Below the pieces are notes generated by a model. The model searched no databases. It was not told where the DNA came from and saw only the letters and a program-made list of their open reading frames with translations. A program made the translations under genes and the position numbers. Shown here piece after piece: positions 14,057 to 23,487 of a stretch of DNA of 24,000 nucleotides; the first letter of the stretch is position 1; each line of letters begins with the position of its first letter. Origin of the DNA: Patescibacteria group bacterium (GTDB lineage Bacteria; Patescibacteriota; Minisyncoccia; Portnoybacterales; UBA2143). Location of the stretch: NCBI GenBank assembly GCA_042571625.1, contig JBHPFQ010000006.1:4458-28457 (forward strand). The letters run 5' to 3'.

Positions 14057-15397
14057 CAACTTCCCTTTTATCAATCCAATTAATTCATCTTTCTTTTCTT
14101 TTAATAAACCTTCTTTTTTAGCTTCAATTACCAATCGCATCACTGGCTCGGTATTTGAAAGCCGTAGATTAAACCACCAATCATCATATTCTATGCTCAA
14201 GCCATCTAAATAGCTAATGTTTCCTTTTGTATAAAATGATTCCACGTTTTCTAGAACTTTCTTTCTGCCATCTACCTCAAAATTAAGTTCTCCTGTATTA
14301 TAATATTTTTTAAGTGGTTTAATAATCTCTGATATTTTTTTATTCTCCTGACTCATTAATTTTAATAAAAACAACATTACTATAAAACATGATTCAAAAT
14401 TATTATTAGCGCCTAAATAATAATGACCTGATAATTCACCAGCAAAAACAGCTTTTTCTTCATGCATTTTCTTCTTAATGAAAGAATGTCCAGCGCGTGA
14501 AATAATCATCTGACCATTATTTTCCTTAATAATATCTCTAACAATCCATCCCACCCTTGAATCACAAATTATTTTAGCACTAGGATTTTCAACTAAAAAT
14601 ATCTTTGCCATTAAAGCAATAATATAATCGCTTTTTATAATTTCTCCTTTTTCATCAATAAAAACAACTCTATCTGCGTCCCCGTCAAAAGCAATACCTA
14701 AATTTGCTTTATTCTTATCCACTTCTTCTATCAATTTTTTTAAATTTTCCTCAGACGGATTAGGCAGATGATTGGTGAAAGAACCATCTGGCTCCCAAAA
14801 TAAAGGTATAACTTGATATTGCAACCGATTAAATAATTCCGGCAAAACTAATCCAGCCATACCATTTCCAGCGTCAATAACTATTTTGAAATTAGACACT
14901 TCTTCCTCTTGAACAAACTTAAAAATGTTATTAATATAATCGCTTAAAATTTCTTTTTTAATTATCTCACCTTTAACTTCAGATGAATATAATTTATCTT
15001 GTGAAATAATCTCCTGAATATCTTTTAACCCAATATCTTCGCTAAAAGGAATAGAGTTTTTATCAACTATTTTCAATCCATTAAACTCCCGAGAATTATG
15101 AGAAGCAGTTACTATAATTCCACCATCAAAACCATATTCCACAACCGAGAAATACATCATAGGCGTAGTTATTAAACCAATATCAATAACATCAGCCCCT
15201 TGATCAATAATTCCTCTGATTAAACTTTTTGCTAATGCAGGTGAAGATAAGCGAATATCTCGTCCTACAACTATTTTTTTCGCTTTAGAAAAAATTACAA
15301 AAGCGCGACCTATAGCATAAACAGCTTCTTCGTTTATTTCTCTAGGATAAATTCCACGAATATCATAAGCTTTAAAAATTTTTTGATTAATTTCCAT
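14048..15397 (-). CDS. Phosphomannomutase/phosphoglucomutase (alpha-D-phosphohexomutase family)
   Basis: Contains FKAYDIRG, the active-site loop TASHNSREFNGLK, the metal site DGDADR and GELSGH. Substrate specificity cannot be resolved by eye. Confidence 0.85.
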   Translation of the reverse strand: MEINQKIFKAYDIRGIYPREINEEAVYAIGRAFVIFSKAKKIVVGRDIRLSSPALAKSLIRGIIDQGADVIDIGLITTPMMYFSVVEYGFDGGIIVTASHNSREFNGLKIVDKNSIPFSEDIGLKDIQEIISQDKLYSSEVKGEIIKKEILSDYINNIFKFVQEEEVSNFKIVIDAGNGMAGLVLPELFNRLQYQVIPLFWEPDGSFTNHLPNPSEENLKKLIEEVDKNKANLGIAFDGDADRVVFIDEKGEIIKSDYIIALMAKIFLVENPSAKIICDSRVGWIVRDIIKENNGQMIISRAGHSFIKKKMHEEKAVFAGELSGHYYLGANNNFESCFIVMLFLLKLMSQENKKISEIIKPLKKYYNTGELNFEVDGRKKVLENVESFYTKGNISYLDGLSIEYDDWWFNLRLSNTEPVMRLVIEAKKEGLLKEKKDELIGLIKGKLLN

Positions 15398-15406
15398 AAA
15401 ATAATT

Positions 15407-16594
15407 TTATCCAAACATTAATAATTCCGGCTTTAAAATTAATGCTAAACCTAATAATAAAATAATAACTCCGCCAATTAGAGTGCTATATCTGCTATAT
15501 TTATCAGTAAAACCAAGCTTATTTAAAGTAATTACTGCAACAATAAAGACTATTAAATCGTCAAACATAAAAATAAAAGTATAAAGTAAAATATATGAAT
15601 AGTATGTTACCGCTCTAAGGTTACTTAAAGATAATGTATGCGTATAAATCGCAGGCAAACCAGCCGAGCAAAAGAATTCAATTAAATTAGTAGCAATAGC
15701 TAACACAATGACTCCAAAAATAGAAGCTAACATAACCGGATTAGCAACAATTTTCTCTGTCTGATTTTTTAGAAAACTTTCAATTTTTGAATTAGATTTA
15801 ACCACTGAACAAACTCCAGGCCTCATAATAGCAAACTTTTTCAACTGAAGAACGCCAAAAACTACAGCCAAAATTCCAATTACAGTTCTTATAAAATTAA
15901 CATAGCTAATAGCTAAAAAAACATTCAACCATGCTGAAAGCAAAATAAAATAGATAACACCTGAAGATAAAATAAAAATACCGCCAATTATCCACATCTT
16001 TTGACGAGATTTAATATTGATTAAAAGAGCAAGTAAAAATATTAATACCCACATAGCACATGGGTTAAATCCATCAATTCCAGCTAAAACAACTGTTAAT
16101 ATAGGCAAAGATAATGAAGAAAGATTAACCTCTCCAATAAATGGCAAAGATATAATTTGATTCTCTTCAGTAGGACAGATCTCTTTTTTATTCTTTTTTA
16201 ATTGTTCCAATGAATCAGAACAATTAAGTTCAGAACATTCCTGAATAGCTTTCTCAATATGCAATCCTGATGTTTCCTCATTTAAAAATCCGATGATTAC
16301 ATCATTCCCAATAAATATAGCTGGCACCAACACTTTTTTTTCTTTACCGCAATTTTCTAAAAGATTTAAAAATAATTCCGCGTTTTTCTTATTTCCAAAA
16401 ACCTCATACTGCCTAATCTCAAGATTAGGATATTTTTCTTTAATAGAATCTAAAAACCCTTCTGCTTTTTTACAATGCGGACAGGTTTCTCCATAAAAAA
16501 AATGAGCTATAATTGTATTTTCTTTGGCAAATACAAAATTAGAAAAGCTTAAAAACAAAACACTGATTAAAATAAATATTAGAAGTTTTTTCAT
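15407..16594 (-). CDS. Fusion protein: signal peptide, thioredoxin-fold domain (CPHC), then a 6-TM CcdA/DsbD-like thiol-disulfide transfer domain
   Basis: Signal-like N-terminus (MKKLLIFILISVLFLSFSNFVFA) followed by YGETCPHCKKAEGFL. Six hydrophobic helices follow, with Cys in the first (DGFNPCAMW) and the fourth (EFFCSAGLP). Confidence 0.6.
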   Translation of the reverse strand: MKKLLIFILISVLFLSFSNFVFAKENTIIAHFFYGETCPHCKKAEGFLDSIKEKYPNLEIRQYEVFGNKKNAELFLNLLENCGKEKKVLVPAIFIGNDVIIGFLNEETSGLHIEKAIQECSELNCSDSLEQLKKNKKEICPTEENQIISLPFIGEVNLSSLSLPILTVVLAGIDGFNPCAMWVLIFLLALLINIKSRQKMWIIGGIFILSSGVIYFILLSAWLNVFLAISYVNFIRTVIGILAVVFGVLQLKKFAIMRPGVCSVVKSNSKIESFLKNQTEKIVANPVMLASIFGVIVLAIATNLIEFFCSAGLPAIYTHTLSLSNLRAVTYYSYILLYTFIFMFDDLIVFIVAVITLNKLGFTDKYSRYSTLIGGVIILLLGLALILKPELLMFG

Positions 16595-17622
16595 AAACTT
16601 ATTTCTCCCCCGCCCAAACAGACTTCTTTGTCATAAAATACAGCCCATTGGCCAGGAGCAATTGATTTTTGCAATTTATTAAAAACTAATTTTAAATTGT
16701 TATTTTTTGGCGGATATAAAACAGCAGATACCGAAAAATTCCTATAACGCAACTTAATCTTAATTTTTATTTTTTTCTTAATAATTTTGCCTGAAATAAA
16801 ATTATAATTTTTTATAAATATAGTTTTATTATACAAAGCAGGATCTTTATCATTATTAGTTATTATAAGACAATTTCTATTTTTATCAAAATTTACTACT
16901 CGCCAAGGTCCACTTGATAAATTAATCCCTTTCCTCTGTCCAATTGTATAAAAATGCAAACCCTTATGTTCACCTAAAATATTGCCTTGCGTATCAACGA
17001 TTTTGCCTGGTTTTTCTTTAATTTCTTGCTTAATAATTTTTTGAGAATCAAAACATAAATCTTGGCTTTGTTTTTGTTCCGATAGAAAATTTAACTTATT
17101 CTTTTTTGCTATTTGATAAACCTGCTTCTTTGTATAATCCCCTAATGGAAAAATAATATTTTTAAGATAATCTTGATTTAACAAACAAAGAAAATAACTT
17201 TGATCTTTTGTTTTATCTTTGGCTTTTAGCAATTCATATTTGCCAGTTTTATCCTCTCTAATTCTAGCATAATGACCTGTTGCAATAAGCTTAATCCCTT
17301 TTCTTTTAGCAAACTCAAATAATTTTTTAAACTTAAAATTTTTGTTGCAAAATACACAAGGATTTGGTGTTTGTTTATTCTTTAATGTTTCTAAAAAATA
17401 TTTAATTACTCTATTTCTAAATTCTTTTTGGCAATCCACAATATAAAAAGGAATATCAAGCTTTTCACAAACTTTTTTAGAATTTTTAATTCCGCGTTCC
17501 CAATAAGCAAATTTTAAAAAAACTCCAAAAGGAACAAAGCCCTGCTGTTTTAATAAAAGCAGGGCTATTGATGAATCCACACCGCCGGATAAACCAACGA
17601 CTATTTTTCTTCTGTCAGGCAT
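16591..17622 (-). CDS. mnmA: tRNA-specific 2-thiouridylase MnmA
   Basis: PP-loop VGLSGGVDSS plus the catalytic Cys contexts NPCVFCNK and SQDLCF. Confidence 0.9.
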   Translation of the reverse strand: MPDRRKIVVGLSGGVDSSIALLLLKQQGFVPFGVFLKFAYWERGIKNSKKVCEKLDIPFYIVDCQKEFRNRVIKYFLETLKNKQTPNPCVFCNKNFKFKKLFEFAKRKGIKLIATGHYARIREDKTGKYELLKAKDKTKDQSYFLCLLNQDYLKNIIFPLGDYTKKQVYQIAKKNKLNFLSEQKQSQDLCFDSQKIIKQEIKEKPGKIVDTQGNILGEHKGLHFYTIGQRKGINLSSGPWRVVNFDKNRNCLIITNNDKDPALYNKTIFIKNYNFISGKIIKKKIKIKIKLRYRNFSVSAVLYPPKNNNLKLVFNKLQKSIAPGQWAVFYDKEVCLGGGEISL

Positions 17623-17629
17623 TTAATAA

Positions 17630-18448
17630 CTAATTGATTTCGTAAGTAATACTAACCGATACTTCAATCTTATTTTCTCCAGTTTCAATTTCCGGTGCAA
17701 CAGCTCCTCCGCCTCCAATTCCGAGTCCTTCAGTCATTGCGAAATCCATATTTTTATAAATAGGAGCTCCTCCACCTTCGCTAAAATTAGTTATCCTAAC
17801 TAATCTTATGCCTAATTGACCTGCTAATTCCTTTGCTTTATCTTTTACCTTATTAATCGCTTGTTCTCGCGCCTCTTTCAAAAGCTCATCTTGCTTATCA
17901 ATAGAAAATTGCAAATTGCCAACCTGATTAGCACCAGCATCAGTCGCGCCTTGAATTAGCTCTCCTGTTTTTTCTAATTCTCTTATCTTAACTTGCAATG
18001 TCTGTCGAACTTCATAACCAGTTAAAACCCTCTTTTCAATTGAATAACTTCTTGAGTCAGGATATTCATATATAGGAAAGATATTAAAATTAGTTGTTTT
18101 TAAATCACTTTTATTCACTCCTGCTTTTTTAAGATATTCGCTAATTTTATTAATTTTTTCAGTATTTTGGCTCATTGCTGATGTTACAGTTTTTGATTCT
18201 GTAATAACAGAAACATTAATCAACGCCAAATCTGGCTTAGCATAAATCTCAGCGCTGTCAGAAACAGTAATTGTATTCTTGGTTTCTATTTCCTGACCGA
18301 TATACCTTCCCTGTTTAATTTTATTACTAATTCCAAAAATAGTTGAAATTATAATAACAATTAAAAGAATCATTATTAATCCAATTAAGCAAGCCAAAAT
18401 ACAATGAACATGCTTACTATTTTTTACATCTAATTTTTTTCTAAACAT
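17630..18448 (-). CDS. SIMPL-domain (DUF541/BP26-like) protein with an N-terminal membrane anchor
   Basis: 272 aa with a TM helix. Typical SIMPL pattern: PDLALINVSVITESKTV...KINKISEYLKKAGVNKSDLKTTNFNIFP...GYEVRQTLQVKI...IEVSVSITYEI. Confidence 0.7.
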   Translation of the reverse strand: MFRKKLDVKNSKHVHCILACLIGLIMILLIVIIISTIFGISNKIKQGRYIGQEIETKNTITVSDSAEIYAKPDLALINVSVITESKTVTSAMSQNTEKINKISEYLKKAGVNKSDLKTTNFNIFPIYEYPDSRSYSIEKRVLTGYEVRQTLQVKIRELEKTGELIQGATDAGANQVGNLQFSIDKQDELLKEAREQAINKVKDKAKELAGQLGIRLVRITNFSEGGGAPIYKNMDFAMTEGLGIGGGGAVAPEIETGENKIEVSVSITYEIN

Positions 18449-18890
18449 TGTTTTTTTCTCCTATTTTTATTTCTTCTTCCTTTCTATCTTTTTTAATAAC
18501 GCTCCAATGATAAAGATATAAAGGCAAGCCTACTAAAATAAACGATGAATTAGTCGCAGCATCCCTATGTCTTTGAACTCTAACATAATCTATTTTCTCT
18601 TGTTCTTGATACTTTGCTAGCCATCCTTTTAAAGCACTTATTTCTTCGTCTGTTAATTTATCTGTCAATTCTTTGTCATCCTGCCTTTCAATTAATTTTT
18701 CAGGTTCAATAGAACAAGGCACAAACATTGTCCTTTCATAATTTTGGTCTTTTTCAGCTTCAGTAAAAACATAAACTTTTAATCCCATATCAATAAACCT
18801 AATTGCTCCAACAATTAAGAATACTAATCCTAGCAAAGCAAATAAATATAAATAAATTGTTCTTATAAATGGCGAATATTTTTTTGGCAT
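18441..18890 (-). CDS. Hypothetical 2-TM membrane protein
   Basis: 149 aa with hydrophobic helices near both ends, an acidic central region and a Lys/Glu-rich tail. It overlaps the SIMPL gene by 8 nt. No family recognised. Confidence 0.4.
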   Translation of the reverse strand: MPKKYSPFIRTIYLYLFALLGLVFLIVGAIRFIDMGLKVYVFTEAEKDQNYERTMFVPCSIEPEKLIERQDDKELTDKLTDEEISALKGWLAKYQEQEKIDYVRVQRHRDAATNSSFILVGLPLYLYHWSVIKKDRKEEEIKIGEKNNV

Positions 18891-18916
18891 ATGTTTTTGT
18901 CTTTTTAATTATTTAA

Positions 18917-20911
18917 TTATAACAACGGCGCAATAATCAAAGCGACTATTGCCATTAATTTTAACAAAATATTTAAAGAAGGCCCAGCAGTATCTTTAAA
19001 TGGATCGCCAACAGTATCTCCAACAACAGCTGCTTTATGCGCGTCAGAACCTTTTCCTCCAAAATTTCCTGCTTCAATAAATTTCTTTGCATTATCCCAC
19101 GCACCTCCAGAATTAGACATTGTTATCGCTAAAAGAAATCCAGTAACAATAGAGCCGGCAAGAAGACCTGCTAAAGCAGCAGAGCCAAGATAAAAACCAA
19201 CAAATACAGGAGCTAAAATACTTAATACAGACGGCATAACCATTTGTCTCAAAGCTGCGCCAGTACTGATACTTATACACTTTTTATAATCCGGCTTTGC
19301 TTTGCCTTCCATAATCCCTTTAATAGTCCGAAATTGATATCTTACTTCCTCAACCATAGACATAGCTGCTTTCCCAACAGCTTTCAAAGCAAAAGAACAA
19401 AATAAAAATGGCATTAATCCACCTAAGAAAAGTCCAATAACCACTCTATAATTCATCAAATCAATAAAAGGAAGTTTAACCACCTGTCCATAACTTATCA
19501 TCAAAACTAAAGCAGTCAAAGCAGCCGCGCCAATAGCAAATCCCTTGCCAATCGCTGCAGTAGTATTACCAACCGAATCTAAGTTTTCTGCGCGTTCGCG
19601 AACATCAGCTCCCATTTCAGCCATTTCGGCAATACCAGCTGCATTATCAACAACAGGGCCAAAAGTATCAGTAGCTAAAGTCATTCCAAGCGTAGAAAGC
19701 ATTCCAACCGCGGCAATAGCAATACCGTAAATCTGACTCCATTGATAAGCATAAAAAATAGCTATGCAAATAATAATAACTGGAATAAACGTACTGTATA
19801 ATCCTAAAGCAAAACCAGAAATAATATTAGTTCCCGCACCTGTTTGAGCAGCCTCTGCTACGCCCCTAGTAGAACTATATTTATCAGAAGTATAATATTC
19901 CGTAATCAAGCCAATACATAAACCAGCTAATAATCCAGTCAAAAATGATTTAAAAATAGACATCCCAAAACCAAGATATTGTATTAAATAATAAGCGCTT
20001 ATACCCATTAAGATAGTTGAAAGCCACATTCCGCGATTTAAAACTTTTTGCCCTGAAGCTCCAGGCATATAAGCAGCTTCTTCTTTATTCAATCTATTTG
20101 AGCTAAACTTCACAAAAATATTACTAATCAAGCTAACAGCAATTCCAACAGCAGCCAAAAGCATTGGTAAAAGAATTCCCTTGTTCCCTACAGCTACTAC
20201 CGAACCAATAACCATTGCCGCGATAATGCTATCAACATAACTTTCAAAAAGATCCGCTCCCATTCCAGACACATCACCAACATTATCTCCGACATTATCA
20301 GCAATCACCGCTGGATTTCTAGGATCGTCTTCTGGAATGCCCTGTTCTACCTTTCCAACTAAATCCGCTCCAACATCAGCCGCCTTGGTAAAAATTCCTC
20401 CACCAACTCGTGCAAATAAAGCCACGCTTGAAGCTCCAAATCCAAAACCATAAATAATATTCGGATCTTCAAAAATAATATAAAGAATAGTAATTCCTAA
20501 AAGACCCAATCCAACCACGCTTAAAGCCATTACACTTCCGCTACTAAAAGCAGTGTTAAGTCCAGATTTTAAATCTTTTTTTAAATTTTCAGCTGTACGA
20601 ACATTAGCAATTGTAGCTACTCTCATGCCAATCTGGCCTGATAAAGCGCTCAAAACAGCTCCAAAAATAAAAGCGTAAGCTATTTTATAATTAAGAAAAT
20701 ATAAAAGAAATCCAGCAGCTATTATAACAAAAACAGCTAGAATCTGATATTCTTTATTTAAGAAAGTCATTGCGCCTTCACGTATTATCTTACTAATACG
20801 ATCTGCTTTTTCAGATTCAACTTTCTGCTTTTTAATCTGCCATGCTAAAAACCCGGCAAATATTAAAGCGATTATCGGAACACCTAAACAAAAATATATT
20901 TGAGTTGACAT
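18917..20911 (-). CDS. hppA: Membrane-integral ion-translocating pyrophosphatase (K+-dependent type by signature residue)
   Basis: 664 aa and polytopic. Contains [43 protein letters not shown] and [18 protein letters not shown]. Confidence 0.95.
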   Translation of the reverse strand: MSTQIYFCLGVPIIALIFAGFLAWQIKKQKVESEKADRISKIIREGAMTFLNKEYQILAVFVIIAAGFLLYFLNYKIAYAFIFGAVLSALSGQIGMRVATIANVRTAENLKKDLKSGLNTAFSSGSVMALSVVGLGLLGITILYIIFEDPNIIYGFGFGASSVALFARVGGGIFTKAADVGADLVGKVEQGIPEDDPRNPAVIADNVGDNVGDVSGMGADLFESYVDSIIAAMVIGSVVAVGNKGILLPMLLAAVGIAVSLISNIFVKFSSNRLNKEEAAYMPGASGQKVLNRGMWLSTILMGISAYYLIQYLGFGMSIFKSFLTGLLAGLCIGLITEYYTSDKYSSTRGVAEAAQTGAGTNIISGFALGLYSTFIPVIIICIAIFYAYQWSQIYGIAIAAVGMLSTLGMTLATDTFGPVVDNAAGIAEMAEMGADVRERAENLDSVGNTTAAIGKGFAIGAAALTALVLMISYGQVVKLPFIDLMNYRVVIGLFLGGLMPFLFCSFALKAVGKAAMSMVEEVRYQFRTIKGIMEGKAKPDYKKCISISTGAALRQMVMPSVLSILAPVFVGFYLGSAALAGLLAGSIVTGFLLAITMSNSGGAWDNAKKFIEAGNFGGKGSDAHKAAVVGDTVGDPFKDTAGPSLNILLKLMAIVALIIAPLL

Positions 20912-20987
20912 ATTTTAATTATATTAATTATATCTCCTCCTTAATAATTGTATTATTGCATATTTGTTTTTATTTGTCTATCAAAAC

Positions 20988-22244
20988 TTACTTCCTCAAC
21001 GCATCAATTGGATCTAATTTTGCCGCTTTGAACGCTGGATATATACCGAAAATAAGACCAATAGCTGTAGCCACGATAAACGCTGCCACAACCGCCAGCC
21101 ACGAAATTACCAATGGCCAGTCCAATCCTTGCCCTCTTGCGATAATTCCACCGATTAAAGACATTGAAATGCCAATAACAATTCCAATAAATCCGCCAAG
21201 ACAAGTTATAATAATACTCTCAATTAAAAATTGCAAAAGAATATTTTTTGAGCTGGCTCCAAGCGCTTTGCGCAATCCAATTTCATGAGTTCGTTCGCTC
21301 ACAGACACAAACATAATATTCATAATTCCAACTCCACCAACAATCAAAGATATAGTAGCCAAAAATCCAAGAAGCAAATTCAAAATCATAGAAACATCAT
21401 TAACTCCCTCTAATATTTCTGTCATAGTTATAATCTGAAAATCATCTTTATCTGGATCGCTAATATTATGATTACGCCGCAAAAGCCGGCTTATTCCTTC
21501 AATCGCTTGCGGGAAATAACTTGGATCTTTAACCATTAATACTATTTCTGAAATATAATCAATACCCATCACTTCCTTGAGAGCTGTTTCAATAGGAATA
21601 TATAGAAAATCAGCAGAATCAATTCCTCCAAATGATGATAATCCTTCAATATCTATTATTCCTATAATTTTAAAATTTTGTCCTTTTACCTTTATTTTTT
21701 TACCAATCGGATCTGTTTTTTCAAAAAGCTTTTCAGCTAATTTATTACCTAGCACAGCTACTTTTGCTAAACTCCTATCTTCATCTTCTGTAAAAAAACG
21801 ACCTTTTGACACTTTAGCAATCTTGTAAACATTAACAAAATCTGGATTACATCCATAAATAAATGTTTTTTTCTCGTTTTTCCCATATGAAATCCATTCC
21901 TGACCAAGAACCTGCCCGCTAATAGATTCTATATATGGAAATCTTGTCTTATCTCTCATATCTTTAATATCAGATGTTTTTAAAGTTGTTACCTTAATCC
22001 CACGAACCATTGAGACCATAGATCCAATTTCGCCAGCTCCTGGAACCTTAATAGCTATATCAAGCATATTTGGACCAAACGCTTCTATTTGATTTGTTAC
22101 ATATGCTTTCAATCCCTGGCCTAAAGATAAAATAACAACAACAGCGCTCACACCAATAACAATTCCAACAATAGAAAAAATAGCGCGAAGCTTATTCGCT
22201 TTTAATGCTATTATTGATTGTTTGAAAATTGATAATAATCTCAT
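20988..22244 (-). CDS. ABC transporter permease, MacB/FtsX type (paralogue 2)
   Basis: 418 aa. TM1, a ~230-aa extracytoplasmic domain, then 3 TM helices. FtsX-domain signature LIVGGVGIMNIMFVSVSERTHEIGLRKALGAS. The ATG directly abuts the stop of the upstream permease. Confidence 0.85.
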   Translation of the reverse strand: MRLLSIFKQSIIALKANKLRAIFSIVGIVIGVSAVVVILSLGQGLKAYVTNQIEAFGPNMLDIAIKVPGAGEIGSMVSMVRGIKVTTLKTSDIKDMRDKTRFPYIESISGQVLGQEWISYGKNEKKTFIYGCNPDFVNVYKIAKVSKGRFFTEDEDRSLAKVAVLGNKLAEKLFEKTDPIGKKIKVKGQNFKIIGIIDIEGLSSFGGIDSADFLYIPIETALKEVMGIDYISEIVLMVKDPSYFPQAIEGISRLLRRNHNISDPDKDDFQIITMTEILEGVNDVSMILNLLLGFLATISLIVGGVGIMNIMFVSVSERTHEIGLRKALGASSKNILLQFLIESIIITCLGGFIGIVIGISMSLIGGIIARGQGLDWPLVISWLAVVAAFIVATAIGLIFGIYPAFKAAKLDPIDALRK

Positions 22245-23477
22245 TTATTCATACCTTAACGCTTTGATCGGATTTAATTTTGAAGCTCGATATGCTGGCC
22301 ATAATCCAAAAATCAATCCAATGCTCACCGCCATTAAAACAGAAATAATTATAGGCATCAACGTAATTACAAATTTCCAATTATAACCGAAATAGTTAAC
22401 TCCAAAACTAATTAACCAAGCTATTATAACTCCTAAAACGATCCCAAGCGCTCCGCCAATAGAAGTTAAAAAAACGCTTTCTATTAAAAACTGCGTTAAA
22501 ATAGAACTTTTCTTTGCTCCTAAAGATTTTCTCAAACCGATTTCTCTAGTCCTCTCATTAACAGAAACAAACATAATATTCATAATCCCAACTCCTCCAA
22601 CAATTAAAGATATCCCCGCCACCATTGCTAAAAATAAACTTAAAGCCAAAGTAACAGACCCAAGCATATCTAATGCTTGGGCGGTACTCCTTACTGAAAA
22701 ATCATCCTTAGCAGGATCGCTTATATTATGGCGATGGCGAAGTATATTTTCACTTTGAGAAATTACTAAATTTACATTTTCTTCTTTATCAACCTTCCCA
22801 CGCAAAAAAGCAACATGATCAATACCTAAAAGAATTTTCTGAGCTGTTCTTACAGGAATAAAAATCTGTTCATCATTATTCTGAAAACCAGAAGCGCCCC
22901 TCTCCTCCATTACTCCAACTATTTTAAAACTTACTTGATTTATTTTTATTCTTTTCCCAAGAGCATTATCTATCCCAAAAAAATCTTTTTTAACTTCGCT
23001 TCCAAGAACAGCTACTCTAGCCAAGCTATCTACTTCTTCCTGTCTAAAAAAACGACCTGAACTAACAGAAGTATCTTCAACATTTATATAAGAATAAGAT
23101 ACGCCAAGATAATTCAAATCCTTACTTTTATTTTCAAAGCTTGCTATTCCCTGCCCAGAAACATAAGGAGAAACAGCTATAAAATGAGGTAATTGTTCTA
23201 ATGCCAAAGCATCTTCATATGTTAAAGTAGTTATTTCAATTCCCATTGCAGCAGCAGGAGGACCCTGATCTCCTCCTCCGCCAGCCATTATTCCAACTAT
23301 ATTTGAACCCATTGCTTCAATCTGCCCTACTACAAATTGCTCCGCGCTAGCTCCAACAGCCATAACTGAAATTACTGCTGAAACACCAATTATAATTCCA
23401 AGCATTGTTAAAAAAGAACGGCCTTTTTGTAAAAACAAATTCCGCCAGGAATATTTTAAAGTATCAATAATATACAT
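22245..23477 (-). CDS. ABC transporter permease, MacB/FtsX type (paralogue 1)
   Basis: 410 aa with the same architecture. Signature LIVGGVGIMNIMFVSVNERTREIGLRKSLGAK. Confidence 0.85.
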   Translation of the reverse strand: MYIIDTLKYSWRNLFLQKGRSFLTMLGIIIGVSAVISVMAVGASAEQFVVGQIEAMGSNIVGIMAGGGGDQGPPAAAMGIEITTLTYEDALALEQLPHFIAVSPYVSGQGIASFENKSKDLNYLGVSYSYINVEDTSVSSGRFFRQEEVDSLARVAVLGSEVKKDFFGIDNALGKRIKINQVSFKIVGVMEERGASGFQNNDEQIFIPVRTAQKILLGIDHVAFLRGKVDKEENVNLVISQSENILRHRHNISDPAKDDFSVRSTAQALDMLGSVTLALSLFLAMVAGISLIVGGVGIMNIMFVSVNERTREIGLRKSLGAKKSSILTQFLIESVFLTSIGGALGIVLGVIIAWLISFGVNYFGYNWKFVITLMPIIISVLMAVSIGLIFGLWPAYRASKLNPIKALRYE

Positions 23478-23487
23478 TGATCAAAAT

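Noticed and set aside
20842-21288. 148-aa plus-strand ORF spanning the hppA/permease intergenic region.
   Set aside because: It lies antisense to the 5' end of hppA and the 3' end of the permease gene, both strongly supported. The protein has no recognisable features, and the open frame is expected from AT-rich antisense sequence.
3392-21828. The remaining short track ORFs: 3392-3583(+), 10431-10739(+), 11462-11743(+), 16293-16496(+), 19545-19730(+), 21577-21828(+) and 21004-21204(-).
   Set aside because: Each lies entirely inside, and antisense to or out of frame with, a well-supported CDS (rsmH, the TPR protein, rpsB, the Trx-CcdA fusion, hppA, the permease). Their sequences are low-complexity.
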